Source of the DNA: Actinomycetota bacterium
GTDB taxonomy: Bacteria > Actinomycetota > Coriobacteriia > Anaerosomatales > PHET01
DNA: 64,000 bases
Reading direction: 5' to 3'
NCBI GenBank assembly: GCA_037445775.1
Contig: JBBIJX010000001.1
Location: 4,889-68,888, forward strand
A model generated the notes under the pieces. The model made no database searches. It was not told the DNA's origin and saw only the letters and a program-made list of their open reading frames with translations. This document shows positions 36,051 through 48,790 of the stretch, in pieces. Within the stretch, counting starts at the first letter, position 1, and each line of letters begins with the position of its first letter. Made by a program: the position numbers and the translations under genes.

Positions 36051-36668
36051 CTATCCGCTCATCCCGCTGCTCGAGGTCACCCGGCAGCCGGCCTCCACCA
36101 TGAGTTCGAGTGCGCGCTGTCCGTCGCCTGGCGAGAGATCGACGGCACGCACCCCGTCCTCGACTACGCACACCGCGAAGTCTTCCGAGCGCGCATCGAG
36201 AGCCGTGTACAACACGCAGTAGTCCGTCGCGAGCCCCACAAGCCATATCTCAGTCACTCCGTGTCCGCGCAACAAGGCGGCGAGCCCGGTGTCGATGCGA
36301 TGCCCGTTGTCGAAGAAGCCGCTGTAGGAGTCGATCGCGGGATCGGTCCCCTTGCGAACCACCGTGTCGATCCACGCGACATCGAGCCCGGAGTGAAACG
36401 CGGCTCCGGGGGAGTCCTGCACGCAGTGATCAGGCCAGAGCGTCTGGCGCACGCCCCCGAGCTCGATCACGTCCCCAGGAGCCCTGCCTGAGTGCGTTGA
36501 TGCGAACGACCCGTGCGCCGCCGGATGCCAGTCTTGCGTCGCGACCACTAACTCGAAGCGTGGTGCAAGAGCGTTCGCGACCGGCACGACTTCGTCGCCT
36601 CTTGCCACCGGCAGACGGCCGAACGGCATGAAGTCGTTCTGGACATCGACGAGCACGAGCGCCCTCAC
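36051..36668 (-). CDS. pncA: Nicotinamidase/pyrazinamidase (isochorismatase family)
   Basis: (V)RALVLVDVQNDFMPFG...ATQDWHP mirrors the PncA N-terminus MRALIIVDVQNDF. GTG 36668 lies 7 nt after the pncB stop. Confidence 0.85.
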   Translation of the reverse strand: MRALVLVDVQNDFMPFGRLPVARGDEVVPVANALAPRFELVVATQDWHPAAHGSFASTHSGRAPGDVIELGGVRQTLWPDHCVQDSPGAAFHSGLDVAWIDTVVRKGTDPAIDSYSGFFDNGHRIDTGLAALLRGHGVTEIWLVGLATDYCVLYTALDARSEDFAVCVVEDGVRAVDLSPGDGQRALELMVEAGCRVTSSSGMSG

Positions 36669-36675
36669 CGGCGCC

Positions 36676-38211
36676 TCACCCCTGCTCGTGACTCGACGCC
36701 GCATCGGCCTGCGCGATCGCCTCCGCGCTCGGTGAGGCGTCCTCCGGCGCGATACCGCGCGCTTTGAGCACCAGCGCCCGGCGCAGGTCGTGCAGCCCGC
36801 GCTCGAGCCCCACCGGGTAGGTGTGTGGATTGAGGAACCGCCGTACCGTGGGGTCGAGCGAGTCCACGCCGGCGATCGCGCGCGCGCGCGCTTCGTCGAG
36901 CGCGGGTGGCGTGTAGACTCGCTTGCCGCCCCTGAATACCGGCACTAGGAGCTCGGTGCAGGCCTGTTCGGCGGTGAAAGTCTTGCGCCGGGTCGAGTCC
37001 GCCGGGTCGACCATCGTTGCGCCGTCGCACGCTGGAGGGTGGTCGACGTCGTAGATCATGTCGCCGGCCAGCGATCCGTCGGGGCGCGTGAACCGGCGAA
37101 CCCCGAGTACGCCGGGCGTCGTCACCTTCGCCGTCTGCTCGGAGAGCTTGACCCTGGGAACCCACGACTCATCGCCCGGCCGCCGGATCGCCGAGAGCTT
37201 GTACACGCCGCCGAGCGCGGGCTGGTCCCATGCGGTCACGAGCTTCGTGCCCACTCCCCAAACGTCGATCGCAGCGCCCTGGTCCTTGAGCGAGGCGATA
37301 AGGTGTTCGTCGAGTTCGTTGCTCGCGACCACCTTCGCTTCGCCGAAACCCGCCGCGTCGAGTATCTCGCGGGCACGACGCGACAGCCAGGCGAGATCGC
37401 CGGAGTCGATCCGCACGCCCAGCAGCCGCCCTCCGCGCGCCTCGAGCCGGCGGCCCACTTCGACCGCCTTTCGCACACCGTCAAGCGTGTCGTACGTGTC
37501 GACAAGCAGCGTGACGTTGTTCGGCAGAGCGTCGGCATAGGCTTCGAACGCTTCAATCTCGCTGTCGAAAGCCATAACCCAGGAGTGCGCATGGGTACCC
37601 GCGACCGGGATCCCGTAGCGCTGGGCCGCCTTCACGTTCGACGTCGCGCTGCATCCCCCCACGTAGGCCGCGCGACTTGCCATGATGCCGCCGTCAGGGC
37701 CCTGGGCGCGCCTGAGCCCGAACTCGATCACCGGATCGCCATCAGCGGCAAGACGGCACCGGGCCGCCTTCGTCGCCACTAGCGTGGGGAAGTTGATGCA
37801 GTTCAGAAGCGCCGTCTCTACGAGCTGACACGCCGGCAGCGGGCCTGTGATGCGCAGCAGCGGGACTCGAGGGAACACCACGGTCCCCTCCTCGATGGCA
37901 CAGACCGACACGTCGAGATCGAGAGCGGTCAGCCACTCGAGGAACTCCGAGTTGAACAGCGGTGTGCCGTCGGCGCCCCTGAGCGTTCCGAGGTAGGCGG
38001 CGTCGTTGCCGGTGAAGTCGAACGACTCCAGGAAGTCGATCGCGTGCTCGAGCCCGCACGTCACCGCGAACCCGCCGCCGAACGGGTTATCGCGGAAGAA
38101 CAGGTGGAAACAGCCGCTGGTGCCGGCTATGCCCGCCGCGAGATACGCCTGCGCCATCGTCAGCTGGTAGAGGTCCGTGAGCATAGGTCCGGCCTGACGC
38201 GTCGAGTCCAT
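36676..38211 (-). CDS. pncB: Nicotinate phosphoribosyltransferase
   Basis: PMLTDLYQLTMAQAYL...GTHAHSWVMAF. The start is taken at ATG 38211. Confidence 0.9.
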   Translation of the reverse strand: MDSTRQAGPMLTDLYQLTMAQAYLAAGIAGTSGCFHLFFRDNPFGGGFAVTCGLEHAIDFLESFDFTGNDAAYLGTLRGADGTPLFNSEFLEWLTALDLDVSVCAIEEGTVVFPRVPLLRITGPLPACQLVETALLNCINFPTLVATKAARCRLAADGDPVIEFGLRRAQGPDGGIMASRAAYVGGCSATSNVKAAQRYGIPVAGTHAHSWVMAFDSEIEAFEAYADALPNNVTLLVDTYDTLDGVRKAVEVGRRLEARGGRLLGVRIDSGDLAWLSRRAREILDAAGFGEAKVVASNELDEHLIASLKDQGAAIDVWGVGTKLVTAWDQPALGGVYKLSAIRRPGDESWVPRVKLSEQTAKVTTPGVLGVRRFTRPDGSLAGDMIYDVDHPPACDGATMVDPADSTRRKTFTAEQACTELLVPVFRGGKRVYTPPALDEARARAIAGVDSLDPTVRRFLNPHTYPVGLERGLHDLRRALVLKARGIAPEDASPSAEAIAQADAASSHEQG

Positions 38212-38378
38212 CGAACGCCCTCTCACTCGTACTCGCCCACAGCGTAGCACCACGCTGCGGAGTCGTGATGAGCCACCTCGAGCACCTCGGCGTTCCGACG
38301 GGCGGCGTGGGAAACCCCGCGCCGATGGGTATGATGCGATGCGGTATTTCAGTCGTCACGGTGCGGACGGAGGGCTCG

Positions 38379-38570
38379 ATGGTGGCGCAGGCGGACAGGA
38401 CCGGGACGGATGACGCGGCCGTGAGAGAGGCGGGGAAGTTCGCGGTGCGAGAGCCAAAGACCGGCGGGGAGCCGGAATCGCCGGTCGACGCGTATGCGGC
38501 GTCGGAACTCATCCGGAGGCACGAGCGCACCGAGTCTATGATCCGCCGGGCGCGCGAGCAGTTCGCCTAG
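38379..38570 (+). CDS. Possible 63 aa hypothetical protein
   Basis: ATG 38379 has GGAGGG 4 nt upstream, and TATGAT (38330-38335) is a possible -10. No family is recognised, so this may not be a gene. Confidence 0.3.
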   Translation: MVAQADRTGTDDAAVREAGKFAVREPKTGGEPESPVDAYAASELIRRHERTESMIRRAREQFA

Positions 38571-38592
38571 CGGCGGGAGCTTCGCCTTGCGT

Positions 38593-39339
38593 TCAGAAGT
38601 CGCTCGTGCCCTCGGCGTCGACCGGCTCGAGGGGCACGATCTGGGGAATCCCGGACAGATCGGGAGAGCTGACGGTCGTGGGCAACTCCGGAATCTCATC
38701 AATCTCCGGGACAGCGGGGATGATCTCGAGCTCCGGTTCCTGCGATACCTCAGGGGCTGCGGAAGCGTCCGGCAACATCGAAGCTTCATCGGTACCGCCG
38801 GCAGAGAACTCGAAGAAGGAGCTGTCGTCGAGCGCGGGAAGAGCGCCAGGGGTCTGGGGGACGACGTCGGGGATCACAGGAAGCGGCGGGACGGCTTCGG
38901 GGGCAGCAAACGGCGCCGGCTCGGCGGGCGGCGCGACGGCCACCTCCGGAAGCGAGTTGGGGTCGAAGACGAACGCGGGCTCGACGGCAGCCGTCGCGGG
39001 CGCAGGCTCCACAGGCAAGGTGTCGGGGCTTGGCATCTCCACGGGCGACGGCACCGGCTCGGCGGGCTCGGCGGCAGACTCAAAGGCCGCCTCGTGCGGC
39101 GGCAGCGTCTCCGACAACGGAGCCGGGGGCTCGGAGACCGGTGCGGGCGCGGCACCGCGGCGCACGAGCGCGCCGTCTTCGGACACGTACTCCGTACCGG
39201 GGTGCGCGGCGGCGTACGCTCGCAGGAGTTCTTCAGCGCCGGTCGGCGCGTGCGCCTCAAGGTCGGCCGGGCGGGCCCGGCCGCTGACGTCCAGAAGAAG
39301 CGTGATGAAGCTCTCCACGCGGATGTTGAGATCGGGCAC
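38593..39339 (-). CDS. Acidic Pro/Ala/Glu-rich low-complexity protein with a short globular N-terminus
   Basis: The GTG start has GGAGAGGGG 6 nt upstream, and third-position GC is high in this frame. The competing plus-strand Ser/Gly-rich ORF 38606-39520 overlaps DegV and lacks a start context. Confidence 0.5.
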   Translation of the reverse strand: MPDLNIRVESFITLLLDVSGRARPADLEAHAPTGAEELLRAYAAAHPGTEYVSEDGALVRRGAAPAPVSEPPAPLSETLPPHEAAFESAAEPAEPVPSPVEMPSPDTLPVEPAPATAAVEPAFVFDPNSLPEVAVAPPAEPAPFAAPEAVPPLPVIPDVVPQTPGALPALDDSSFFEFSAGGTDEASMLPDASAAPEVSQEPELEIIPAVPEIDEIPELPTTVSSPDLSGIPQIVPLEPVDAEGTSDF

Positions 39340-39447
39340 GGCGAACCCCTCTCCTCTGCAGCCTGCTCCCCGTAGTGTATCGGTCGCCGCCCGCGGATGT
39401 GAAACACGGACGTTGACGGAGCCTGCCGCTCAGCGCACCGCCACGTC

Positions 39448-40296
39448 TCACGTCGCGGGCAGGACGGCGACCCCCCACCCGCTGCCAGTGTGTGCGCAGA
39501 TCACCGAGCCCGCCTCGTAGATAACGAGTTCGTCGACCTCGTAGCGCTCACGGAGAGCATCGGCAAGGCCGCGCGCGCGCTCCAGCCCCATCGCGTGCCC
39601 GACCGCGAACGAGCCCCTGCGTGCGGCGCCCATGTGCTGTTCGACCCACGCGAGCGTCCGGTTTATCGCAGCGCGCTCCCCACGATCGCGCCCGACAGGC
39701 TGGAACTCACCCTGCTCGTCCACGCAGAGCGTCACCTTGATGTCGAGAACCGAGCCCAGGAATGCCGAGACCCGCCCGATCCGCCCTCCCCGCGCCAGGT
39801 TCTCGAGCGAATCGAGCCCGACGATCAGTCCCAGACGCTTCCGGGCGTCAGCGACTCGTGCAGCGATCGCCGCCACGTCGGACCCCGTGCGGGCGGCTCG
39901 CGCCGCCTCGACCACTTGGAGCGCGAGTCCCCACGACAGGTTCAGCGAATCGATGACGGTCACACGGTCGCCGAACCGCTCGGCGGCCTGGCGCGCGGAC
40001 TCTATCGTCCCCGACAAGCGGTTCGAGATGTGGATCGACACGACCGATGAGGCGGTCTCGAGCAGTCGCGCGTACGCCTCCTCGAACGCGCCAGGAGGCG
40101 GCTGCGACGTCGTGGGCAGCCGCGGCTCGATCGCCATGCGCGCGAAGAACTGCTCCTGCGTGAGATCGCCGTCGACGAACGTATCTGCGCCGAACGAAAC
40201 CGCGAGCGGCACGACGGTGATCTCGTTCTCGGCGGCGATCTCGGCGGCGATGTCCGCCGTCGAATCGGTCACTATCGCGACTCCGGATGCCGACAT
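39448..40296 (-). CDS. DegV family fatty-acid-binding protein
   Basis: VAIVTDSTADI...ITVVPLAVSFG...TTSQPPPG. Confidence 0.9.
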   Translation of the reverse strand: MSASGVAIVTDSTADIAAEIAAENEITVVPLAVSFGADTFVDGDLTQEQFFARMAIEPRLPTTSQPPPGAFEEAYARLLETASSVVSIHISNRLSGTIESARQAAERFGDRVTVIDSLNLSWGLALQVVEAARAARTGSDVAAIAARVADARKRLGLIVGLDSLENLARGGRIGRVSAFLGSVLDIKVTLCVDEQGEFQPVGRDRGERAAINRTLAWVEQHMGAARRGSFAVGHAMGLERARGLADALRERYEVDELVIYEAGSVICAHTGSGWGVAVLPAT

Positions 40297-40329
40297 GGCT
40301 GTGCTCCTACTCCTTCGGGCGGACGGCGA

Positions 40330-41880
40330 TCATTGTGCGAGACGCCGTTCCAGCACTTCGTTCACGACCTGTGGATTCGCCTGTCCCTGCATCTCGCGCA
40401 TGACCTGACCGACGAAGAAGCCCATGAGCCCGGTCTTGCCGGCCCGGTAGGCGGCGACCTTGTCGGTATTTGCATCAAGCACCGAGGCTACCACGGTCTC
40501 GATCTGAGAGGAGTCCGAGACCTGCCGAAGGCCGCGAAGCTCGACGATCGCGCCGGGCGCATCCCCGGACTCGGCCATCTCGGCGAAGACGTCTTTCGCC
40601 TGTTTCGACGATATCGTGCCCTCCTCCACGAGCGAAACGAGCTCGGCGATCATCGCCGGAACGATGCGCGACTCGGTCACCGCGATCGCGTTCGCGTTCA
40701 GGTGGGCGGACAAATCGTTGAGCATGACGTTACTGACAGCCTTGGCCCTCTCCTGACCCGCGATCGTGACTGCGGCCTCGAAGAACTCCGCGAGCTCGAT
40801 GTCGCCGGTCAACACCGAGGCGTCGTACGCCGGAAGGCCCCACGCTTCGACGAACCGCGCCTTCTTGGCGTCCGGCAGCTCGGGCAGCTCAGCCCTTATC
40901 CTTTCAATGAGTGCATCGTCGAACACGAAGGGCACCATGTCGGGCTCCGGGAAGTAACGGTAGTCGTGCGCCTCCTCCTTTGAGCGGAGAGCGCTTGTCC
41001 GCTTGGCTCCCGCATCCCAATGGCGCGTCTCCTGCATGACGCGCCCCCCGCTCTCGAGCAGCTCGACCTGCCGCACGATCTCGTGGGCCACTCCGTCGTG
41101 CAGCGCCTTGAACGAGTTCATGTTCTTGATCTCCGCCTTCACCCCTAACTCCGCGTCACCTCGCTTACGCACCGACACGTTGGCATCGACGCGCATCGAG
41201 CCCTCCTCCATGTTGCAGTCGGAGATCCCGAGTGTGAGCCAGATCAGCCGGAGCTTCTGGGCGAACGCGCGCGCCTCCGCTGGCGTGCGGATATCGGGCT
41301 CGCTCACGAGCTCGATGAGGGGCGTGCCGGCACGATTGAAGTCCACGAGTGACTTGGTCGCTCCGGAGAGGCGACCTTCGCTCCCACCCATATGGACCAT
41401 CTTGCCGGTGTCTTCTTCAAGGTGGATGCGCGTGATGCCTATCGTCGTCGCGTACGAGGTCTCCCCGGCTTCGGTGCGGACTCCGGTCCGGTCGAACCTC
41501 TGCCGGACGCCCTCTCCCGCGATCTCGACAGCCAGACTGCCTCGCTCGCAGAAGGGCAGGTCGTACTGTGAGATCTGATAGTCCTTGGGCATGTCGGGAT
41601 AGAAGTACTGCTTTCGGTGGAACTGGGAGCGGCGCGCGATCTCGCAGCACGTCGCGAGGCCCGCGAGCACCGTGAGCTCGATCGCACGCCCGTTGGGCAC
41701 GGGTAACGCGCCCGGCAAGCCGAGGCATACCGGGCAGACCCGCGTGTTCGCCTCACCCCCGAAAGCGACCGGGCAGCCGCAGAACATCTTCGTGTTCGAG
41801 GAGGTCAGCTCGGTGTGGATCTCGAGTCCGATCACCGGCTCCCAGCGCTCGAGTACCTGAAGCAGGCGGTCTGTGGACAT
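40330..41880 (-). CDS. gatB: Asp/Glu-tRNA amidotransferase subunit B
   Basis: WEPVIGLEIHTELTSSNTKMFCGC...RVCPVCLGLPGALP. The start is trimmed to ATG 41880. Confidence 0.93.
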   Translation of the reverse strand: MSTDRLLQVLERWEPVIGLEIHTELTSSNTKMFCGCPVAFGGEANTRVCPVCLGLPGALPVPNGRAIELTVLAGLATCCEIARRSQFHRKQYFYPDMPKDYQISQYDLPFCERGSLAVEIAGEGVRQRFDRTGVRTEAGETSYATTIGITRIHLEEDTGKMVHMGGSEGRLSGATKSLVDFNRAGTPLIELVSEPDIRTPAEARAFAQKLRLIWLTLGISDCNMEEGSMRVDANVSVRKRGDAELGVKAEIKNMNSFKALHDGVAHEIVRQVELLESGGRVMQETRHWDAGAKRTSALRSKEEAHDYRYFPEPDMVPFVFDDALIERIRAELPELPDAKKARFVEAWGLPAYDASVLTGDIELAEFFEAAVTIAGQERAKAVSNVMLNDLSAHLNANAIAVTESRIVPAMIAELVSLVEEGTISSKQAKDVFAEMAESGDAPGAIVELRGLRQVSDSSQIETVVASVLDANTDKVAAYRAGKTGLMGFFVGQVMREMQGQANPQVVNEVLERRLAQ

Positions 41881-41932
41881 GCGGCGGGTCGCCCCTCTCG
41901 CCGAACGGCGTGAATCTAGAGATATCTGCAGG

Positions 41933-41961
41933 ATTCTACCCGAGCGCGACCGGCACGTCAG
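41933..41961 (-). promoter_or_regulatory. Internal promoter candidate CTGACG-N17-TAGAAT in front of gatB
   Basis: On the minus strand the -35 is at 41961-41956, the spacer is 17 nt, and the -10 TAGAAT is at 41938-41933. The site sits in an unusually AT-rich 86 nt spacer. Confidence 0.4.
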
Positions 41962-41966
41962 GCGAC

Positions 41967-43457
41967 CTACTGTCCCGGCGCTTTGGCCACCAGACACACC
42001 ACCGGGTAGCGCAAGGTGTACTCGGTCCCAGGGGCGGGGAACTGAGCGAAGACGGCGCCGGCGGACTTACCTCCCAGAGCGACCGTGACCATGACAGGCC
42101 TGAAGCCCGCGTCGGTGATCGCCGTGGTCGCCTCCGTCGACATGGTGCCGACAACGCTTGGAACCGGCCCGGTCCTCGAGTTGCCCTTCGAAACGAGCAG
42201 TCCAACCGTGCCGTTAGGCGCAGCGAGACCACCGGCCTGAGGCATCTGCGATATCACTCGTCCCTTCGCGACTGAATCGCTCACGACGCGCACGCCCTTG
42301 GCTTCGAGGCCTCGCGCCTTGAGCGCAGCGACGGCCTCCTTGCGCGTCTTGCCCACTACATCAGGAACGGTGAGAGCGCCGGTGACCGCGCCCTGCGACA
42401 CGAGCACCTGCACGGAGCTGTTCGGCGCGGTGGCGGTACCCGCGAGCGGCGACTGATTGGCGACCTCTCCCACCGTGAGGCTCGCGTCCGGCGTCCTGTA
42501 GACGCGCGCGGTCAGGCCCACCGCCTTGAGCAACGTCACCGCGTCGCCCTCCTGCATACCCGTGAGCCGCGGGACCGTCACGCTCGTCGGCGCCGGGCCT
42601 TTCGAGACCACCACCGCGACCGCTTCTCCAGGCTGGAGCTCCTGTCCGGCGTCGGGTAGCTGGGCCACCACGAACCCGGCGGCCACTCCCGCGTCGTATG
42701 AGGCCACCTCGTACACGCGCAACCTCGCCTCGGCGAGCGTCGCAGCAGCGGCCTCTGCGCTCATCCCTTCGACAGAGGGCACCTTCGACTGCTCGGGCGA
42801 CGCTGCGAGCACGAACGATAGCTCAGCGTCTGGCTTGAGCGACGTGCCGGCCTCCGGCTTCTGACTGATGATCGTCCCCACCGGGGCTGCGTCCGTGGGT
42901 ATCTCGCTCACCTCACCCAAGCGCAGTCCCGTGTCATTGACTACCTGCGTCGCTTCGGCCGCCCGCTTGCCCACAACGTCCGGCGCGATGATCTCTCTCG
43001 ACGTCGACCACCACCATGCGTAGCCGGCGGCGCCTGCGATTATGGCGACGATGAGCGCGACGATGAGCCACACCCACCACCGCCCGCGCCGCGTTGGCGG
43101 TCCCATGTCAACCATAGGAACCGCCTCCGCGATGACCGGCAGCACCGACGTGTCCCCCGGAGGCGCTCCATCGGGGACGCCCTGTGCCACGCATTCCCCG
43201 CCCTCCGCCGGCGCAGCCGGCTCATCCGGTTCGCGCCACCAGGGGACATCATCAGCCGGTGCGGAGGCCTCTCCCAAGAGCGCCGCTTCGGGCTCCATTT
43301 GCGGGACCGGCCTCCAATCGCCGGGAGAAGCACCGGGCTCTCCGACCGAGTCGCTACGGAACTCAGGCTCGTCGCGCAGGGCGTCGATCGCATCCGTCAG
43401 CCCCTGGTCAGCGTCGTCGAGCGGCGCGGACTCTCTCAGTTCGTCGTTCTCGCTCAT
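41967..43457 (-). CDS. Single-pass membrane protein with five extracellular PASTA domains; no kinase or PBP domain
   Basis: An acidic, disordered N-terminus of about 140 aa and a TM helix (WWVWLIVALIVAIIAGAAGYAWWW) precede five PASTA units, for example PDVVGKRAAEATQVVNDTGL and VPDVVGKTRKEAVAALKARGL. GGAGG lies 5 nt upstream of the ATG. Confidence 0.85.
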   Translation of the reverse strand: MSENDELRESAPLDDADQGLTDAIDALRDEPEFRSDSVGEPGASPGDWRPVPQMEPEAALLGEASAPADDVPWWREPDEPAAPAEGGECVAQGVPDGAPPGDTSVLPVIAEAVPMVDMGPPTRRGRWWVWLIVALIVAIIAGAAGYAWWWSTSREIIAPDVVGKRAAEATQVVNDTGLRLGEVSEIPTDAAPVGTIISQKPEAGTSLKPDAELSFVLAASPEQSKVPSVEGMSAEAAAATLAEARLRVYEVASYDAGVAAGFVVAQLPDAGQELQPGEAVAVVVSKGPAPTSVTVPRLTGMQEGDAVTLLKAVGLTARVYRTPDASLTVGEVANQSPLAGTATAPNSSVQVLVSQGAVTGALTVPDVVGKTRKEAVAALKARGLEAKGVRVVSDSVAKGRVISQMPQAGGLAAPNGTVGLLVSKGNSRTGPVPSVVGTMSTEATTAITDAGFRPVMVTVALGGKSAGAVFAQFPAPGTEYTLRYPVVCLVAKAPGQ

Positions 43458-43485
43458 GCGTGCCTCCGCATCGATCTATCGCATC

Positions 43486-44979
43486 CTACGAAAGAGCCCG
43501 AACACTAGGGGGTGTCGTGTCGAAGCTGACCGCCTTCTCGAACGCGGCGGCGGCACGCAGCACCAACGCCTCAGCGAAGTGGGTCCCTATGAACTGCATG
43601 CCCACCGGCAGACCCGTGTCGCGTCCGAGACCCGCCGGGACGGAAACGGCACAGTTGCCCGCCAAGTTCACGGGGATTGTGAAGATATCGGAGAGGTACA
43701 TCGCGAGCGGATCGGCGGACTTCTCGCCGATTCGAAACGCAGTCGTCGGCGACGTCGGCGTGAGCAACACGTCGAACTCCCGGAACGCGCGCTCAAAGTC
43801 AGCGCTGATGACCGTGCGGGCTTTCTGCGCCTGACCGTAGTACGCGTCGTAGTACCCTGCGGACAGCGCGTACGTTCCCAGCATGATGCGCCGGATGCTC
43901 TCCGGACCGAATCCCTCGGCGCGGGAGCGCATGTAGAGGTCAAGGACGTCGGTCGCGTCAGCGGCACGATGCCCGTAGCGTATGCCGTCGAACCGGGCGA
44001 GGTTGGAGGAGGCCTCGGCCGGGCCGATGATGTAGTAGGCGGATAGCCCGTGTTCCGCACTCGGCAGCCGCACGTCGCCGACCTCGGCACCGAGCCCCGC
44101 TAGCACGTCGGCGGCCTCGAGCGTGGCCGACCTCACCTCAGCGGCCACCCCGTCCATCGCGAGCATGTCGGAGACGATGCCCACGCGCATTCCCTCGACG
44201 CCGCCATCGAGCGACGCTGAGAACTCCTCGAAAGGCCGCTCCACGCTCGTCGCGTCCATGGAGTCCTTGCCGCAGATGACGCTCAGCGCGAGCGCGCAGT
44301 CACCTACCGACTTGCCGAAAGGCCCGATCTGGTCGAGTGATGACGCGAACGCAACGCATCCGTAGCGCGACACCCGGCCGTAGGTGGGCTTCAACGCGAC
44401 GACCCCGCATAGCGCTCCCGGTTGGCGGATAGAGCCGCCCGTGTCGCTGCCTAGCGTGATCGCCGCCATCCCGGCACTCACGGCGGCTGCCGAGCCACCG
44501 CTCGAGCCGCCAGGGACTCGATCGAGATCCCAAGGGTTCCTGGTGGGCCCGAACGCCGAGTTCTCCGTCGAAGAACCGAAGGCGAACTCGTCCATGTTGA
44601 GCTTGCCCACAGGAATCGCCCCGGCCGCAATCGTGCGCGCTACCGCTGTGCAGTCGTACACACTCTCGTAGGACTCCAGCATGCGCGACGAACACGTGGT
44701 CCTCGTACCCACGAGGTTCATGTTGTCCTTGAAGGCGACGGGCACGCCCGCGAGCGGAGGAAGCTTCTCTCCGGACCCGGAGGAGACTGTGGCGTCAACG
44801 CGCTCGGCCGCCCGGAACGCGAGGTCGCGGGTCACCTGGTTGAAGGCGTGCACGTCGCCGTCGAGCGCGTCGATCCTGGCGAAGGCGGCCTCGGCGGCCT
44901 CGCGTGCGGTCAGGTCCCCCGCCGCGATGGCATCGCGGATATCGCCCGCGGTGAGCGCTGAGAGGTCGAGCGCGCTCAC
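43486..44979 (-). CDS. gatA: Glu-tRNA(Gln) amidotransferase subunit A
   Basis: The amidase signature GGSSGGSAAAV is present. The start overlaps the gatC stop as ATGA. Confidence 0.95.
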   Translation of the reverse strand: MSALDLSALTAGDIRDAIAAGDLTAREAAEAAFARIDALDGDVHAFNQVTRDLAFRAAERVDATVSSGSGEKLPPLAGVPVAFKDNMNLVGTRTTCSSRMLESYESVYDCTAVARTIAAGAIPVGKLNMDEFAFGSSTENSAFGPTRNPWDLDRVPGGSSGGSAAAVSAGMAAITLGSDTGGSIRQPGALCGVVALKPTYGRVSRYGCVAFASSLDQIGPFGKSVGDCALALSVICGKDSMDATSVERPFEEFSASLDGGVEGMRVGIVSDMLAMDGVAAEVRSATLEAADVLAGLGAEVGDVRLPSAEHGLSAYYIIGPAEASSNLARFDGIRYGHRAADATDVLDLYMRSRAEGFGPESIRRIMLGTYALSAGYYDAYYGQAQKARTVISADFERAFREFDVLLTPTSPTTAFRIGEKSADPLAMYLSDIFTIPVNLAGNCAVSVPAGLGRDTGLPVGMQFIGTHFAEALVLRAAAAFEKAVSFDTTPPSVRALS

Positions 44980-45281
44980 GACCCCTCACCGCCCGGCCCC
45001 ACGATCTGCGGGATCACGAAGGCGCCGTCCTGGGCCTCGGGCGCGTTGAGGAGCGCGAGTTCACGCGGCAGCCCGGCGCGCACGACGTCCTCGCGCACCT
45101 CGTTCACCACCGGCACCGCGTGGGCAGTGGGCTCTACGTCATCGAGATCGAGCCGCTGGATCGCATCGATGTGGCCGAGGATCGAGTTGAGTTCCCCGGC
45201 GAGTGTCGCAACCTCGTCATCACTCAGCGCAAGCCGCGCGAGCAGTGCCACATGCCTCACTTCCGACTCTGACAGTGCCAT
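44976..45281 (-). CDS. gatC: Asp/Glu-tRNA amidotransferase subunit C
   Basis: 101 aa with VRHVALLARLALSDDEV...LNSILGHIDAIQRLD. Confidence 0.9.
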   Translation of the reverse strand: MALSESEVRHVALLARLALSDDEVATLAGELNSILGHIDAIQRLDLDDVEPTAHAVPVVNEVREDVVRAGLPRELALLNAPEAQDGAFVIPQIVGPGGEGS

Positions 45282-45393
45282 GCGCTGCTGCGTCCTCTCG
45301 ACCTAGGAACCGTGCGCGACCCCCCGGGCGCCGCGCCGCACTTGCCCGACATGATACCCGAGGCCGCGCAGGCGTCGGCGGTGTGGCGCCGTC

Positions 45394-48688
<3,295 letters not shown>

Positions 48689-48790
48689 GAGCAACCCCCT
48701 CGTCGTCGTATGCTCTCACGCTCGCCTTTGCCGTCTCGTATTGTATCGCCGCGGCGCCGCCGAAGTCGTGGAATCGGGGAGTTCTGTCAC

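Noticed and set aside
38606-39520. 304 aa plus-strand Ser/Gly/Ala-rich ORF
   Set aside because: It overlaps the 3' end of DegV and lacks an SD-start context. The minus-strand frame has a proper GTG start with GGAGAGGGG and a structured N-terminus. Some ambiguity remains.
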